A DNA stretch of 64,000 nucleotides from Amphiscolops sp. MND2022 (Eukaryota), in the NCBI GenBank assembly GCA_964187785.1, contig OZ076413.1, positions 42,410,001 to 42,474,000 on the forward strand. The letters run 5' to 3'. A program made the position numbers and the translations under genes. The notes beneath the pieces were generated by a model. That model was not told the origin of the DNA. It saw only the letters and a program-made list of their open reading frames with translations, and did no database searches. Within the stretch, counting starts at the first letter, position 1, and each line of letters starts with the position of its first letter. Positions 1 to 12,280 of the stretch are shown piece after piece.

Positions 1-389
1 TTCAATTTATATTGGGAAGGCTAGAAAACGTCCTGGCAGTAGTGTTCTGTACTACCAGGCTCGGGAAAACGGTTTTTGGGGTGCTCTAAAAGCTTGGGAT
101 CAAACGCCCAAGGCTTCGCCCTTGTCAAATTTGGTCGAAATTGCCAAATTTGACGGTTTCTTAACAAAAATCGCTAATATTTTGACTTTTCTCTCAACTA
201 AGCTAAACAAAAAATTTGGTTACAGCGTTAAAATCTCAATTTGAGCTACATAGGGTACTATAATTAAAGTTTTCCTGCTCAAATTTTTCAACTACTGGTC
301 CAAACACCCGCCGGGTATTTTTCAGTTAGTTTTTGTGGAAATATGCCTGAGAATATGCTTTTTCAGCCGTTAAATACAGTATTTAGCGA

Positions 390-1570
390 TGTAACCCGGC
401 TGACGTGGTGGGTACTGCAATCATAGGGGTGTGGGAGGTGTGGTCGTGTAGGACGTCACGTCTTCGTATCAGCTAGCGTGAACCTTCACTGCACATCCTC
501 TGGGTCCCCACACATTGCAAATTTGCTAAAATGAGGCTACAGAACCCTTTAAAACAGAATCCGGTTAAGCCGGATGGTTAATTTGAACAAGACGAAACGG
601 TGTTCAAAAGGTACTTTGCTAGAAATCGGTTATTTCTCGTTCCAGACCTCGGAAACATGCAGGAAACGCATGAATTCTGTTAGAAGAAAACGTACCAGGC
701 TTGACAAAGGCAATAAAAATATTCAAGGACTCTTAATAAGTTTTCCTATACCTGGACCCCCCGGGGACGGAAAGCAGGAAAATCTCCTAGTACGACGCAA
801 AAATGAAAAAAGGGTCCCTTGTGGGGCACCATAAAAACTATTCTAAATCTAACGTCCACCTAGCAGAGTACAGCATAGAAGTGGGACAATGCCTAGGGTG
901 CTTAAACATGAGACCGTTGTTTACTACAGCCCTAGACAGTAGTTCTTAATCCCGAAATGGTCTCCTAAAAGGGACTTTTTCAAACGTCAAAGGAAGCTCC
1001 TCAGTTAGAGCTCCGTGGCGACGTGCCGGCGCACTCAACGTCCAATCACGTCCCACAAGCCTGTAAAAACGTATCCTAAGGTTCCTAACGTTCCTGCGAC
1101 TCTACATACCTCCGAGGTCCGAAAACTGGGGTTTAGCTAAATACATTTTAAATAGTTGAAAAACGTCCAAAATAACGAAAATGGGGTCAAACATCACCAA
1201 ATATCTGCAAAAACTTCAAATACGGTACAACTGACTGAGGAAACATCAGGCGTCAGTGTCAGCTAGTCTTTGGCCTGCTAGGTGGCACATGCAAAATATG
1301 CAAATTTCTGAGTTTCTTTATCTCCTGGGCCATTCTTCGGGTTCCGCTGGTAGCTGGGACGTCATCTGAGGGAGATGGCCTCACACGGCAATTTCGGGGA
1401 TACTTCTATTGCGGGGTGTTCTCTCTCGGGCTGGGTGGGGGTGTTTTTTGTGCGTTGTTTTGCTTCTTTTACGATTTTCGGTACCTGCCGGATCGGCCAT
1501 TTTGAATTGCACATTTCGAATTTTTCATCCTAATATTGTATTTTTCGTTCGCCGACTGCTGGGCGTTACA
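390..1570 (+). mobile_element. Probable solo LTR (TGTAAC...GTTACA termini)
   Basis: Starts TGTAAC at 390 and ends GTTACA at 1565-1570. About 883-1210 aligns by eye with 62955-63270, inside a similarly bounded element. No TSD recognisable. Confidence 0.45.
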
Positions 1571-2634
1571 CTGCTGTCTCATGTGATCCATCAAAATACA
1601 AGAGAACCCATCAAGAACCATTTCTTCCCAGTTTATTTATTTCATTGCACCGTTTCCTGACAAATTGCAACAGCTTTCGTGTAATACGAATTGTTGAAAA
1701 AAAGAAGCACATAAGTTGTTTTTATGGCCTAATGTGTATCGGTTGTCAATCTTGTAGACAAAATCAAAATTTCGCAGATCGTTTGAAGCAGAACCACGTA
1801 AGTAGTGTAGACTTTGCAACCGTCAATGTGGTCACACAGCGCCATGTAAAATTGAACATGGCGCCAAAATGAAATATGAAACATGATGAAAACGTTCAGC
1901 AAGTTTTTTATTTTTCCTTTTACGCCTAGTTTTGTAATCATCCCCCTCAACAAGAAAACACCTTTTGTAGTAGAAAACTTTTTGCACGAATAAAAGATTT
2001 TTATATGGTTACAAATGCTCGCACGATTCACTTCACAGTTGTTTCGACACTTCCAGCAAAAAATATCCCTGATTTTTTGAAACGTTATTGTCAAAAATAG
2101 CAGAAATTCACGCCAGGAACAAGACAAAATCGTATAGAAAGCCCCTATTTTAATGCAAATTTTAACGCGCTAAAATAAACGATGCGACTTTTAGGTGTAA
2201 ACCAATGTAAAAGATAGGATTATGTCAGCATCAATTATTTTGAACATTATTTCTTATCCCCCCATAAAAAAAAGGCTGGGTTGAAAATTTTGACGCTGGG
2301 TGGTTACGCGTGTACAATCTGCAAAATTGAACTGATCGGCGAGAGAATATCCAACAGAACGGAAGCATTCAAAACATAAAAATAGAGCTAATATTGAACA
2401 TATAAGACCATATAGAGCTTTAAAACCAGCACAATCTCACGGTTTTGAAAGGCCCCCAATATGCGGATGAATCTTTCAAACTTGATGTCAAATACGGCAG
2501 GGAAATAATTCATGAAAGTAAGATACACTATGGTACCAGAAAGCTACGTACACCTGTTGAATTTTTAAAAACTGAGAGGAAAATTTGAAATTTAAACAGA
2601 AAAAAAAATATAATCAAATTAGGAGACAAACACA

Positions 2635-3176
2635 CTAATAACCAATCATATTTCCATCGTTTTTTATAGTTTTTACGAGGCGACTCTCATAAGATGCGTA
2701 CATATTTCGGATAATTTCGGGACTGATATTGTTCCAAATATCAATCACTGTTTCTTCCAAATTTTCCCACGTTAGAGTTTGTCCTTGCAGGGATTTCTTC
2801 AGTATAGCCCAAATATTTTCCATGGGGTTCAAATCAGGACTATACGGAGGCCATTCGAGCACATCCCACTTCTTTTCACTTAGATAGTTGGAAACCTCTC
2901 TGCTTCTGTGAATTGGGGCATTATCGTGCTGGAAAACAATGTCCGGTAGGTGCAAATTTCTGTCATACTTTTCAAGAATTTCGACATAGCCGCTGCTATT
3001 GAGTGTTGCCGGGCATCTAATTAGCATCTTCCTGCCATCCGATCGAATAGCTCCCCAGAACATAAGCGAGCATTTATCAGTGTTCTGCCCTTGAATATTT
3101 TTTGAGTGGAAACGCGATCCTTTTTCTCGGAAAACTCTTACAATACCGTCACTGTTCAGACGCACACGAGTTTCAT
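2635..3176 (-). pseudogene. Tc1 transposase, DDE catalytic half
   Basis: Motifs ETR...MFWGAI...FQHDNAPIH...WPPYSPDLNPMENIW, with 34 residues between D and E. Removing 3177-3582 restores an open 333-aa frame with LTDETR. Confidence 0.92.
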
Positions 3177-3582
3177 GCATGGATTTTGTTTCAGTTCAAG
3201 GCCGTAATTGGAAGGTTTCAAAAATAAAAGAATGCATTCTTATTGTGAAATGTTGTGAAAAAAATTGGGAAAATTTCGAAGATTTTTTCGAAAATTTCGA
3301 TTTTTTTTCTAAATTTTTGATTTTTTTGTCTCACAGTGCCAAAAATTTCGAAGGGAGACCCTTTGGTGTTGAGAAAAAATTGTCTCACAGTGCCGAAAAG
3401 TTTGTAGGAGGGGCCGTTTGGTGTTGCGATAAAAAAATTAGGAAAATTCCGAAACTTTGAGATTTTTTTCGAAAATTTCCGATTTTTTTGCTGAAAATTT
3501 TCGTCTATTTGCGGACTCTGTGTATGACTCTGTGTATGATTTTCCTTCCCAAAATTGAAAATTTTTTACTATGTACTTTTTT
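3177..3582. repeat. 406-bp repeat-derived insertion in the Tc1 transposase
   Basis: Contains duplicated TCTCACAGTGCC(G/A)AAAA...CCCTTTGG units that also occur in the 53.5-54.5 kb repeat family. Not bounded by GT-AG on the transposase strand. Confidence 0.75.
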
Positions 3583-4042
3583 CAGTGAGTGCAAGGCTGG
3601 ACAAAAAACCGAGCGGCTTCTTGGACATTCGCAAGCACCATTTTTTCCCCGTTGTTCGTTGTTTTTTATTGAGCTGAAATTTTTTAGCCGCCACTCTAGA
3701 AACTAGCCCATACTTCTTCAGAACTCGCCGAATTGTAGATCTTGAGACACTTTTTGAGGTTGCAAAAGAATTATACTTTACCCTGATTCTTTGTAATGTA
3801 GTTTTGGGATCGTTTTTGACGCTTCTTATAATTAATCTTTTGTCTTTTTTGCTAAGTTTTTCCGGTCTTCCTGGTGGTTTTTTTGGAGAATAAGAACTGG
3901 TTTTCAAAAAGCGCTTGTAAGCTGACTGTGCTGTTGATCGTGACTTCAAACCCAATTTCTCTTTGATTTGATTGTAAGATAACCCAATCTCGCGAAGAGT
4001 AACAATTTTGCAAACCAAAAATGAATCAAGCGGTTTAACCAT
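3583..4042 (-). pseudogene. Tc1 transposase, N-terminal paired-like HTH DNA-binding half
   Basis: ORF 3569-4042 reads MVKPLD...GRPEKLS...VSRSTIRRVLKKYG, with the GRPxK linker and HTH_Tnp_Tc3_2-like region. It ends ...LALT at the insertion. Confidence 0.9.
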
Positions 4043-4993
4043 TTTCGAAGCACAACTTCCGGTAACTGATTGAAATTGTTCACAAATGTTTTCATTTTTT
4101 TGACTTGAAAAAAATTCAAAAAATTCAGCTGTACTTAGCTTTTTGGTACCATAGTGTATTTAGGCTTGTAACAGATTGTCTTATTGATTCCCCCGCAATC
4201 TACACAAAATAAAGTCGACAAAATTACTCACAGTTGCAAATTATTCATGAAAATGAAGAGGAACTAGCCTTATGAAGATATCAGTCCGGGCGGACTTCTT
4301 GTTGAACTTTCAGACGTTGTCTGTATTTGCAAAAGCAAATTATGGTCCTGCAGAATAGAATACATAAGATGGATCTGATCCGAAGTCTCAAATTTCGAAG
4401 TTGTGTCTTGTATTTTTTGCACTTCGTTTTGTGTAGATTGTGATGGAAACTGGAGATTTTCGTATAAAGAGTCTCGATACCAAAAGTATTCTACGAGGGT
4501 CTTCTCCAAATGTTGAGGATCCTCGTAGAGAACTTTCTGTGTAAAAATTGTTTATTTAGGTAGTGCAAAACATTGGTCTCCATTTAAGGAACCAAAAGTA
4601 CTTTCTCATTTCTATAGAGAGAGCCCGTTCTGTTGGTCTTTGTTTTTAATTTCAAGAGTTTTCCTGTACCTATCGAAGTTTTCCCCATTTTTAGTTGATG
4701 AGAGAACCTCTAAGGATGTGAGACAGAATGTAGAAAAGAAACTTTTTCAGAAAGTTTTTTCCTATTTCAAACTATTTTGATACCTCAGCACCTTGGTTAA
4801 GATAAGAATCATCCTATAGAGTTACAAATTTGCCAAAAGTGTACATTTTTTTAATATTCGACTCTCAGTGACAACGGTTGTAATGGAAATTGTTTATAAT
4901 GTTTGCGGCAGAGTTAAATATTAAATATGCTGAACTGCCAATCCATTGGAGACTCATTTTGAGTTCGCGCCTGAGAGATAATCGATTTTTTTT

Positions 4994-5236
4994 TCATCTT
5001 TCGCAAACGAAATACAAGCGATGTTCTTTATTGATGTCATTCAGATAACTTCCGGGCCCTTTGTTCCAGTTGGCCACGTGGTACTGATTTCCGCCACCAT
5101 TGAATGCATTGGTTCGTTCCCACACCAGAAGAGCCGGGTCAATTGGGTTACCCTCAGTGTCTATCCAAGTCACGTGATCCAAGGTATAGATTCCCAACCA
5201 GTGATTATTGCGGTCGAGATTTGTGTACAAGAACTC
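4994..5236 (-). pseudogene. C-type lectin domain, C-terminal fragment (5' part missing)
   Basis: EFLYTNLDRNNHWLGIYT...WID...LLVW...VANW...YLND...YFVCER is collinear with the lectin exon at 62197-62477. Truncated at a dispersed repeat starting at 5237. Confidence 0.7.
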
Positions 5237-6090
5237 TGTAGGATTTTTGACTTTTCGCTCATGATTTGGTGTTTATTAAATTTTAGTTCATCAGCAAGGT
5301 AGATTTTACGGGGTGATATCGTATAAAAGTAAAGATTACAATAAGTACCTCAAGTACCTCACACTATTGTTTAATGTCAATAATATTGTCTTTAGTCCCG
5401 TTGACAACCAAAATAACTATTCTTAGCTACAATGAAGCGACCGCGCAACGTATTAATGCAGTGAGACGGCCGCCACCACTCAGAACTATGTATGAAAATT
5501 CTATTCGGAACGAAACTTTAACATTGAATTTCTCAATACCTATTGCGAATATAAGAAAAATTAAACCACCAAAATGTTCCTTTCTGACCTGACTACGTGT
5601 TGAGTAAACATTTAAGAACTTTTCAGTAACGAATTTTCACAGAAAAAGCATTAGAAGTCATAAAATACTGTGAATAGAAATTTAGTCAAATTACTATGTT
5701 AATACATGTGTTTGAGGGTAAGCGAGAGTGAAAACTCCGCTGTGTGCGTGAACAGCATAGAATGCAACTCAGCTAAGCGTGTCAGAAAGCGAAAGGAATG
5801 AAATTAAGAACGCGCTGTGAGTGGCTGTACGCATAGCTAATAAGAAAACGGCCGCCGCACACTTTGAATTAATCCCCCCTCTTAATAGAAATTAAAAATA
5901 AAAACCCGATTTCTCGAAGATGAAAAAAGATAGCAACAAACGGTTTTCAGCATTCAAAAGCCCATCCAAAGGAGAGCTTAAGTTGAGAATATGAGCGTTG
6001 TGCGACCCCGGGAACCTATCGGGGGGAAGCTTTGAAAATAAGTGCATTTAAAATTTTGACGATTTTCCAAAATTGAGTTTCGTTTAAAAA
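5237..6090 (+). repeat. Dispersed ~850-bp repeat, copy 1 (starts TGTAGGATTTTTGAC)
   Basis: Collinear with 35187-36060 over its length. Class undetermined. Confidence 0.8.
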
Positions 6091-7889
6091 ATTGTATAAT
6101 AAGCGTGCATTTTGACTCCTACTGAGACATAGGTGTACCGCACGTCTGTACCGAAGGGAAGTTGTGCACAAGTCTCAGAACCCGAATCAGTGCTCAATTC
6201 CGTGTACCTACGTGTGTGTAGGATCTTCTGGTCATTTTTGAGCCAGGTTCGACTCTTCAGTGACGGATTCGAGCCACTTGCCTTTCTTTGTACTCTCCGA
6301 AAAAGTTCAAAATTTGTTGTAAACGTCGCGTGATTGTCTTAGCGAAAGTTTAGCTGCAAACCAAACTCATCTTCTAAGCTTGTGAATTGATAACAACTGC
6401 TTGAGTGAGTTTGAACTCGCTACGACCCCTAGATGTGATTTCGACCCACTTGAGACGTGCATATCCTTATTCTGGCTTAAGTCCTCACCGAGACGAAAAC
6501 TTGGAAAGTGGGACAAAACTCAGTTTTACGTGTTGGAAACTTGTGAAAACCCCCTGGTCTGAACACCCATTTGTGAATTCATTGCTGTACGTGCAATTTG
6601 CGGTCAATATCGAATATGCTGCTTTGCTGGATCATAGCATTTTGTTACTTACAGTTGTGATATCCTGTGTATTGTAACGAGTTGGACCATTTTTGGGAGT
6701 TGTCGCCGCACCTAATCGTAACGTTGGGACTACATTGCTCTGGACCATTGTTGTCAGTGTTGTTTGGCGCACTGTTGCTGAAAAAGTGAGCTTGCGAGCT
6801 CATCACTGTGGACAAGAGTCTCTGGTTGCACGTGAAAAATCGTAACCCCATAAGATACGGTGATACGGAAAGCCTGTACAGCATCTGCAACTCATTCAAT
6901 AGTCTGAGCCCCAATTCGTGCTTATCACAGTGTACCTGGCTATAGGTGGGACCGCGTGGCTATTTTTGACCCCGATCTTACGTTTCCAGTCTTGGTACGA
7001 GCCACTTCAGTAATTTTCAAAATATTTTAAAAGTTTCAAAAATCCTTTAAAAACTCTCTAGCTTGTAGCTGGAGGTAATTATCAGCCTCGGGAAATCATT
7101 TTGCCAATTTGTGTAACTGAAAAAACGTGTTGTGCAATATTCTACCCAATACGCCTGATAAAACTGATTTCGACTGTGCCCAGACACGTATTTTGGCCAA
7201 AATTCCCAAAAAGCATTAAAAAAAACGAAAACACAAAACCTCAGTACTCCCACTATACCGAAGGCAGAGACCAAAAGCCCTCATGTTCTGACCGAAGGGA
7301 CCCAGAAGGCCTTCCTGGGTGCAAACGAGGCAAATCCCACGGTTCAAAAAAAATGCCGGCAGGGGTCATAAATTTTGGACTCCTCTGAGACTTTGAAATT
7401 TGATCCTAAAAAGCTCAATTCAGCTGTTTCGAATGCCTGCGACGCACTCTAGACTACATTTTTCCCAAAAAACCTCTAGGCGTTACGCTGTGAGCCTGAA
7501 CAGGGTTTTCGATATCCAAAAGAGACCCTGAGGGTTCCGACTTAGTCAAAATCACGAGATTTTGAGAGAAGCAACCTCCTAGTGACAATATTTTAACCAG
7601 ATTGCCCGAGTGTGAAACCTTTGTGAACACTCTGGTGCCTCTATTTGGTGTTACTCAGCAGTATCAAGCAGAGAACTCCTTTGGGTAATCACAACATACC
7701 CAAATCCATTGAAGTTGAGAGGTCAATAAACCGCTCGACTGTCTGTTTGGTGCGCACTATCCATTTTGGCTGCAGCAATTTGCTCGAGAACAACATTTTT
7801 CAGCCCTTTGAGCAGCTTGTAAAGCATTGAACAGTTTTCAGCACGCTGTGAGTGCTAGAACTTCTCTTGACTTTGACCCTGACACTAAA

Positions 7890-9415
7890 TTTGGATACAA
7901 TGGTGGTTCTAGTCAAGCAGTTGGAAGCCTCTAAAGCTGAAATGAAACTTTGGAAAGTCTTCTACCGCCTCCGTTGCTTTTTTAAAGGGGAAGAGGGTGT
8001 CAGTGCAGCACAACCAATAGATGTTCATGATGTTCAACCTCAAAATGAATCCCAAATGGTAGATAAATATGACCGATCGACGAAGTTAGACGATTTGAAC
8101 CTGGAAGATTGGCCTTTGGAGGATAGTTTCAAAATTGTCCCGATTTTCTAGACTAAATGCCATCTAACACTCAGGATACCAAGCCGGAGAGGAGCATCAA
8201 GACTCCCAGTCCTAGTTCAGTATCGTCGTCGGACAGATCTTCTCGCCAAAAAACCACCATTCAGATTTATCAGAAGCAGGATCAACAATTAGAGGCCCTG
8301 GAGCAGCAGATGGATGAGATATCGAGATATCAGTCGTGTTGGCACAAAGCGGACTTCGCAGGGAGAAATTGTTAGCACGAGTGCTAGCACAAATGCAGTC
8401 GATAAATGCATATGTGCAAATACACCTCAGAAGTGCCTCTATCAATATTCCAAGCGACGCTGAAGCAGAACCAATGACACCGCCAACAAAAGACATGGGT
8501 TGGACCCAAAATCTTTGAACACTTCAACCATGATTATTGCTGACACTTTGCCTGAATATCACGCCGGTGACAATAGGTTGCACGAGCGCAACCTCTACTC
8601 AAGTGATACGAAAAATGAACGAATATCAATCTCATCCTCCATTTCCTTATCGCAGGATTCTGTAAGCAACTCTCACTTCCCTGGAACAAAGTCCCTATTA
8701 TTCACTTCGCAGTTGCTGCCGAGTTTGCTGAAATATTCTATTGAGCCAATTTCTGCCGAACGTGGTCTACATGATTATATTCAGGTGGACCAGCCAATGA
8801 TTATCAAATGGTTGCATAGTGGTTCAACCAAATCTCGACCGACTGGACATAGACGTGGTGGACCACCGCGGACTTCTGGTGAACTCTCGTGGCATAAAGT
8901 TCTGCTTTCGCTTCATTGTAGACGTCGCCGTGGCCGTCCACCACGCTCAGTCCTCTTACTACCATGGTCGCATCGACCGAAGGGACCTAGGCGTGGCCGT
9001 CCTCCGAACAATTATCACAGTCTTGAGACAGACCCAGCCTCAGTTTTCTTCTTTATTGGATGCCCTGATATTCCATGCTTTTTGTATGTCCTGCTGCTAT
9101 CGAATAAGGATGCCCATCCACAGCCCGAGCTACACTCCATTTCTTTTCAAGGGGGGAGGAGGTGTCGTCAAAGCTCAACTTATCATTCTGCAATTTTTGT
9201 GTCGGACATACAAGTTTGTCTAATCCTGGCTATCCTCATATGAAAAAGAATGATCAACGATTAAGGTCCGGGGAGTCTTTTAAGGTCCCGGGAGTCCCAT
9301 GGAGAGACAACACTCTATTCTCTACATTCCACGCTGACCACCCACGGAATTGACCACAATCTAAAGTAATGAAATCCCGACCGCACCTTACTCTCAATCG
9401 ATTCCGATGTATACA
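7890..9415 (+). mobile_element. Possible degenerate or non-autonomous LTR retroelement remnant with 3' LTR at 9163-9415
   Basis: Purine tract AAGGGGGGAGGAGG is immediately followed by TGTCGTC at 9163, with a candidate ...TACA end at 9415. Upstream ORFs include a coiled-coil-like fragment (8157-8375) and RGRPP repeats (8500-9243). No RT or IN motifs and no matching 5' LTR. Confidence 0.35.
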
Positions 9416-10404
9416 ATCACAGCTTGATATTAAAACTTTGTTTTTTGTTTCTCGTAAAAATTATTTGATATGACATTTTCAAGGCTATCAGTGAGGCCTG
9501 ACAAGAAAAACAAAAAAAAACAAAAAAAAAACACATAAAAGTCCTCGTTAGTGCAACTTTGGCTTTTAATAATGGTTTCTTCTTTAGTTTCCTTATCTCT
9601 ATAGTTATATTCTTTGAAGTTTCAATGTCAATTTTCCTCTGATTCAGTGGTTTTTCTACGGATTAACTTGTTTAATGGAGCTCATTAGCCCCGAAATTAT
9701 CAATTGCAGAATCTTGTCTAATTTTGTCTCAGTGCTAAATCTCACATGCAGTCAATTGGTAAATCGCCTTCCATACTCTCCTCAACGGACGCTACTGATT
9801 TTTGTTTTGGTATGGAGCTGCACATCAGTGCGTGCTGCCCAAACCTAGCCAAACTTTGAACAAAAAAACATCAGAAACTACCTGTTTTCCTTTTAAACAG
9901 TGGTCTTTCCGCTGAAAAGAAGATTTACTGAAAACAAGTTTTAACTGTTCTGCAAACTGAATTTTTACTGGCGTGGAAAAAACGTTTTTGAGAGAAACCG
10001 CGCCAGAGAGCCCCAGGGCTCCAAAAAACTTCTTAAACAACATAAACATCAGTGCTATCAAGATCCTATCCAAACATAGTGCAGAAGACTTTTGCCAACC
10101 CAATGATGCTCTCAGATTGATATATAGAATAAAGATTTTGATTTGTTTGAAGGTGCATTTTTGAGTGCTCGTTTTATAGCCCCAGGGCTTGCTCCAGTAA
10201 CAGCAGTCAGTGTATGATGCAGGCTCGATAGATTGCAACAAGCAATACCTCAAGGTTGCCCAGTCAGCGAAAGATGACAGTGCCACTGGACCCTTGCAAC
10301 ATCCCCAGTTTGAGATCCCAGTCGATTGCAAAGATGATGTGGAGATGTTTTCAATGCCAGCTTCCCCGCATGACAGTGATGTCATGCATAAAGTCCGGGG
10401 AGTA

Positions 10405-11176
10405 TGTAACGGCACCCTCTGAGACAGCAAAATTAGTCGATATTGGAATTTTGGATTTGAACATGTTCAGAAAATTTCTGAAAAGTTCTAATTCGATGTT
10501 TGAAGTGGCACTGAGCGTGTGATTGCTCTTTTCGCTGTTTCAACGAAATTGGCAGGTACTTCGACAACAAGAGCGAAGATCGAGAAAAAACATAAGGCCA
10601 GCCGCCCGAACAGACGCCATAGACTGCAAAAAACTCTGAAATTAGACTTTTTGAAGGTGCTAACCTTGATTTCAGCATTATGCTACTTTCAGTAGTGAAA
10701 ACCGTAAAAATGAGTCTTTTCGTCTAATTCACAAATCTGTGCCTGTGGTGCCCCAGCTTGCGAGCTGAATGTGGATGTTGCCAAATCGCTGTTGTGGACG
10801 AGATTGCTGTACATTGTTGTAAGTTTATGGCTACTTTGACAATTTTAGATCTTATTTCGTAATTTTAGATATTATTCCCCAAGTCACCCTGAATAACGAA
10901 AATTTAACATAATTTCCTTTCGGAACGTTTTTAAAGGCTGTCTAAGTGATGGTTTCGAAGAAAAAGCGCAATTCGCGCTACTGACAGCAATTAAAGACTG
11001 GATCAGGCCGGCGAGCACTTCACAAGAAGCGGAATCCTCCTCTGACGGGACAGTTTTTACCCAAAAGAGGCAAAATGAGCTCATGGTCATGGGCGCCTGT
11101 CCCGGGCAAATACCCATATCATGTGTTCCTTTAACTCTTATGGTTACGGCGACAAGGGTGAGAGCTCGCCGTTACA
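10405..11176 (-). mobile_element. Solo LTR (TGTAAC...GTTACA)
   Basis: Inverted 6-bp termini and a near 5-bp TSD (TACTA/TACTC on the minus strand). The reverse complement aligns with 57855-58496. Confidence 0.65.
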
Positions 11177-11611
11177 TAGTACTGCAGCAAATTTATCAAA
11201 ATTCGAGAAAATTTTGCTCCAAGGACTCCAAGGACCAAAAAATTTTGCTCTTTCATAGATTGCGTATGTGAAAATTCATTGCTGCGATTCCATAAAACCA
11301 AGATGAAAAACGGTGGTTTTTGCTGTCAAATATTGTTGCTATTTGCAGCAAAAAGAAACGTTTATGTTCCAAAGTACCAGTAGGCAGTTGAAATTTAACA
11401 ATTTCCGTGCATTTATCGACTGTTTTACCTGTGGCTTTGTAGGTTGACGACTCCTATTCGGGGGAAAACATGAATATCAGGCAACCCGAGTAATCTCAAT
11501 GATTCGATACTGTTTTTCACATGGGCAAATTTCAGTTATTTTTAGTCGGCGCTTTTTCTGAAAAAAAGTGTCCAATTATTACAGTGGGTAGTTTTTACAG
11601 TTCACTTGAAT

Positions 11612-12063
11612 GGTTACATGACATTTCGTCCTATACACTTTCAACCTATGCACTTTCAACCGGTGCCATTTCAACCGCTCACAATTTCAACCTATTGCAT
11701 TTTCAACTGTTCACAATTTCGACCTAAACTAAGTTTAGCTAATGGATCCTAATTAGTTACATAATTATTTTGGTGGTTTTAACTTTGATACGTTTCTAAA
11801 TTCAAATGTGCTAATTTTTACGCCAGTTTCGATACTTTTTGGCTTCTTCATGAATAATTACAATTAATTTAAGCTGTTTGATTCATTAGTAATTATTACA
11901 CTGGAAGAATAGCTCAGCCGAATTAGGACTAAATAGTTTAAATTAGTTTAGGTCGAAACGGCGGACGGTTGAAAATGCAATAGGTTGAAATTGTGAGCGG
12001 TTGAAATGGCAACGGTTGAAATTGCATAGGTTGAAATTGCATAGGATGAAATGTCCTCACACC
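11612..12063. mobile_element. Mutator/Foldback-like MITE with long internally repetitive TIRs and 9-bp TSD
   Basis: About 120-bp inverted arms built of TTTCAACC sub-repeats. Perfect TSD CACTTGAAT at 11603-11611 and 12064-12072. Empty site visible in the paralog near 57121. Confidence 0.85.
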
Positions 12064-12109
12064 CACTTGAATGGTCCACTTTTTTGTTCATTTGTTCAAC
12101 TTCTTAGCC

Positions 12110-12280
12110 GAGAGGTTAACCCGGATTTTAGTATAACATTTCAAAGTTCGGATGTAACGTTTTCAAAGTTCGGATATAACGTTTTCAAAGTTTGGATGTA
12201 ACGTTTTCAAAGTTCGGATGTAAAATTTTCGAAATTCGGATAAGACGTTTTCAAAGTCCGGATATAACGTTTTTTAAAAT
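12110..12280 (+). repeat. 22-bp minisatellite cassette (TTCGGATATAACGTTTTCAAAG)n, about 6-7 units
   Basis: Tandem units preceded by the same CGAGAGG(T/C)TAACCCGGATTTTAGT leader as at 41268. Confidence 0.85.

Larger units (their letters stand above)
2526..4156 (-). mobile_element. Tc1/mariner DNA transposon (DD34E), interrupted by a 406-bp insertion
   Basis: About 31-bp TIRs: CACTATGGTACCAGAAAGCTACGTACACCTG versus reverse complement CACTATGGTACCAAAAAGCTAAGTACAGCTG. TA target duplications at 2524-2525 and 4157-4158. Transposase halves lie inside. Confidence 0.93.

Noticed and set aside
3177..3582. Spliceosomal intron in the Tc1 transposase
   Set aside because: There is no AG at the 3' boundary on the minus strand, and no GT-AG pair restores the Asp codon.
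4270..4536. Possible terminal exon KVLYEDPQHLEKTLVEYFWY...
   Set aside because: The acceptor is plausible, but there is no recognisable product and no phase-compatible upstream exon was established.
9825..10430. 201-aa minus ORF and overlapping plus ORFs
   Set aside because: No domain signal, the ORF runs into a solo LTR boundary, and the plus frames are broken by stops.
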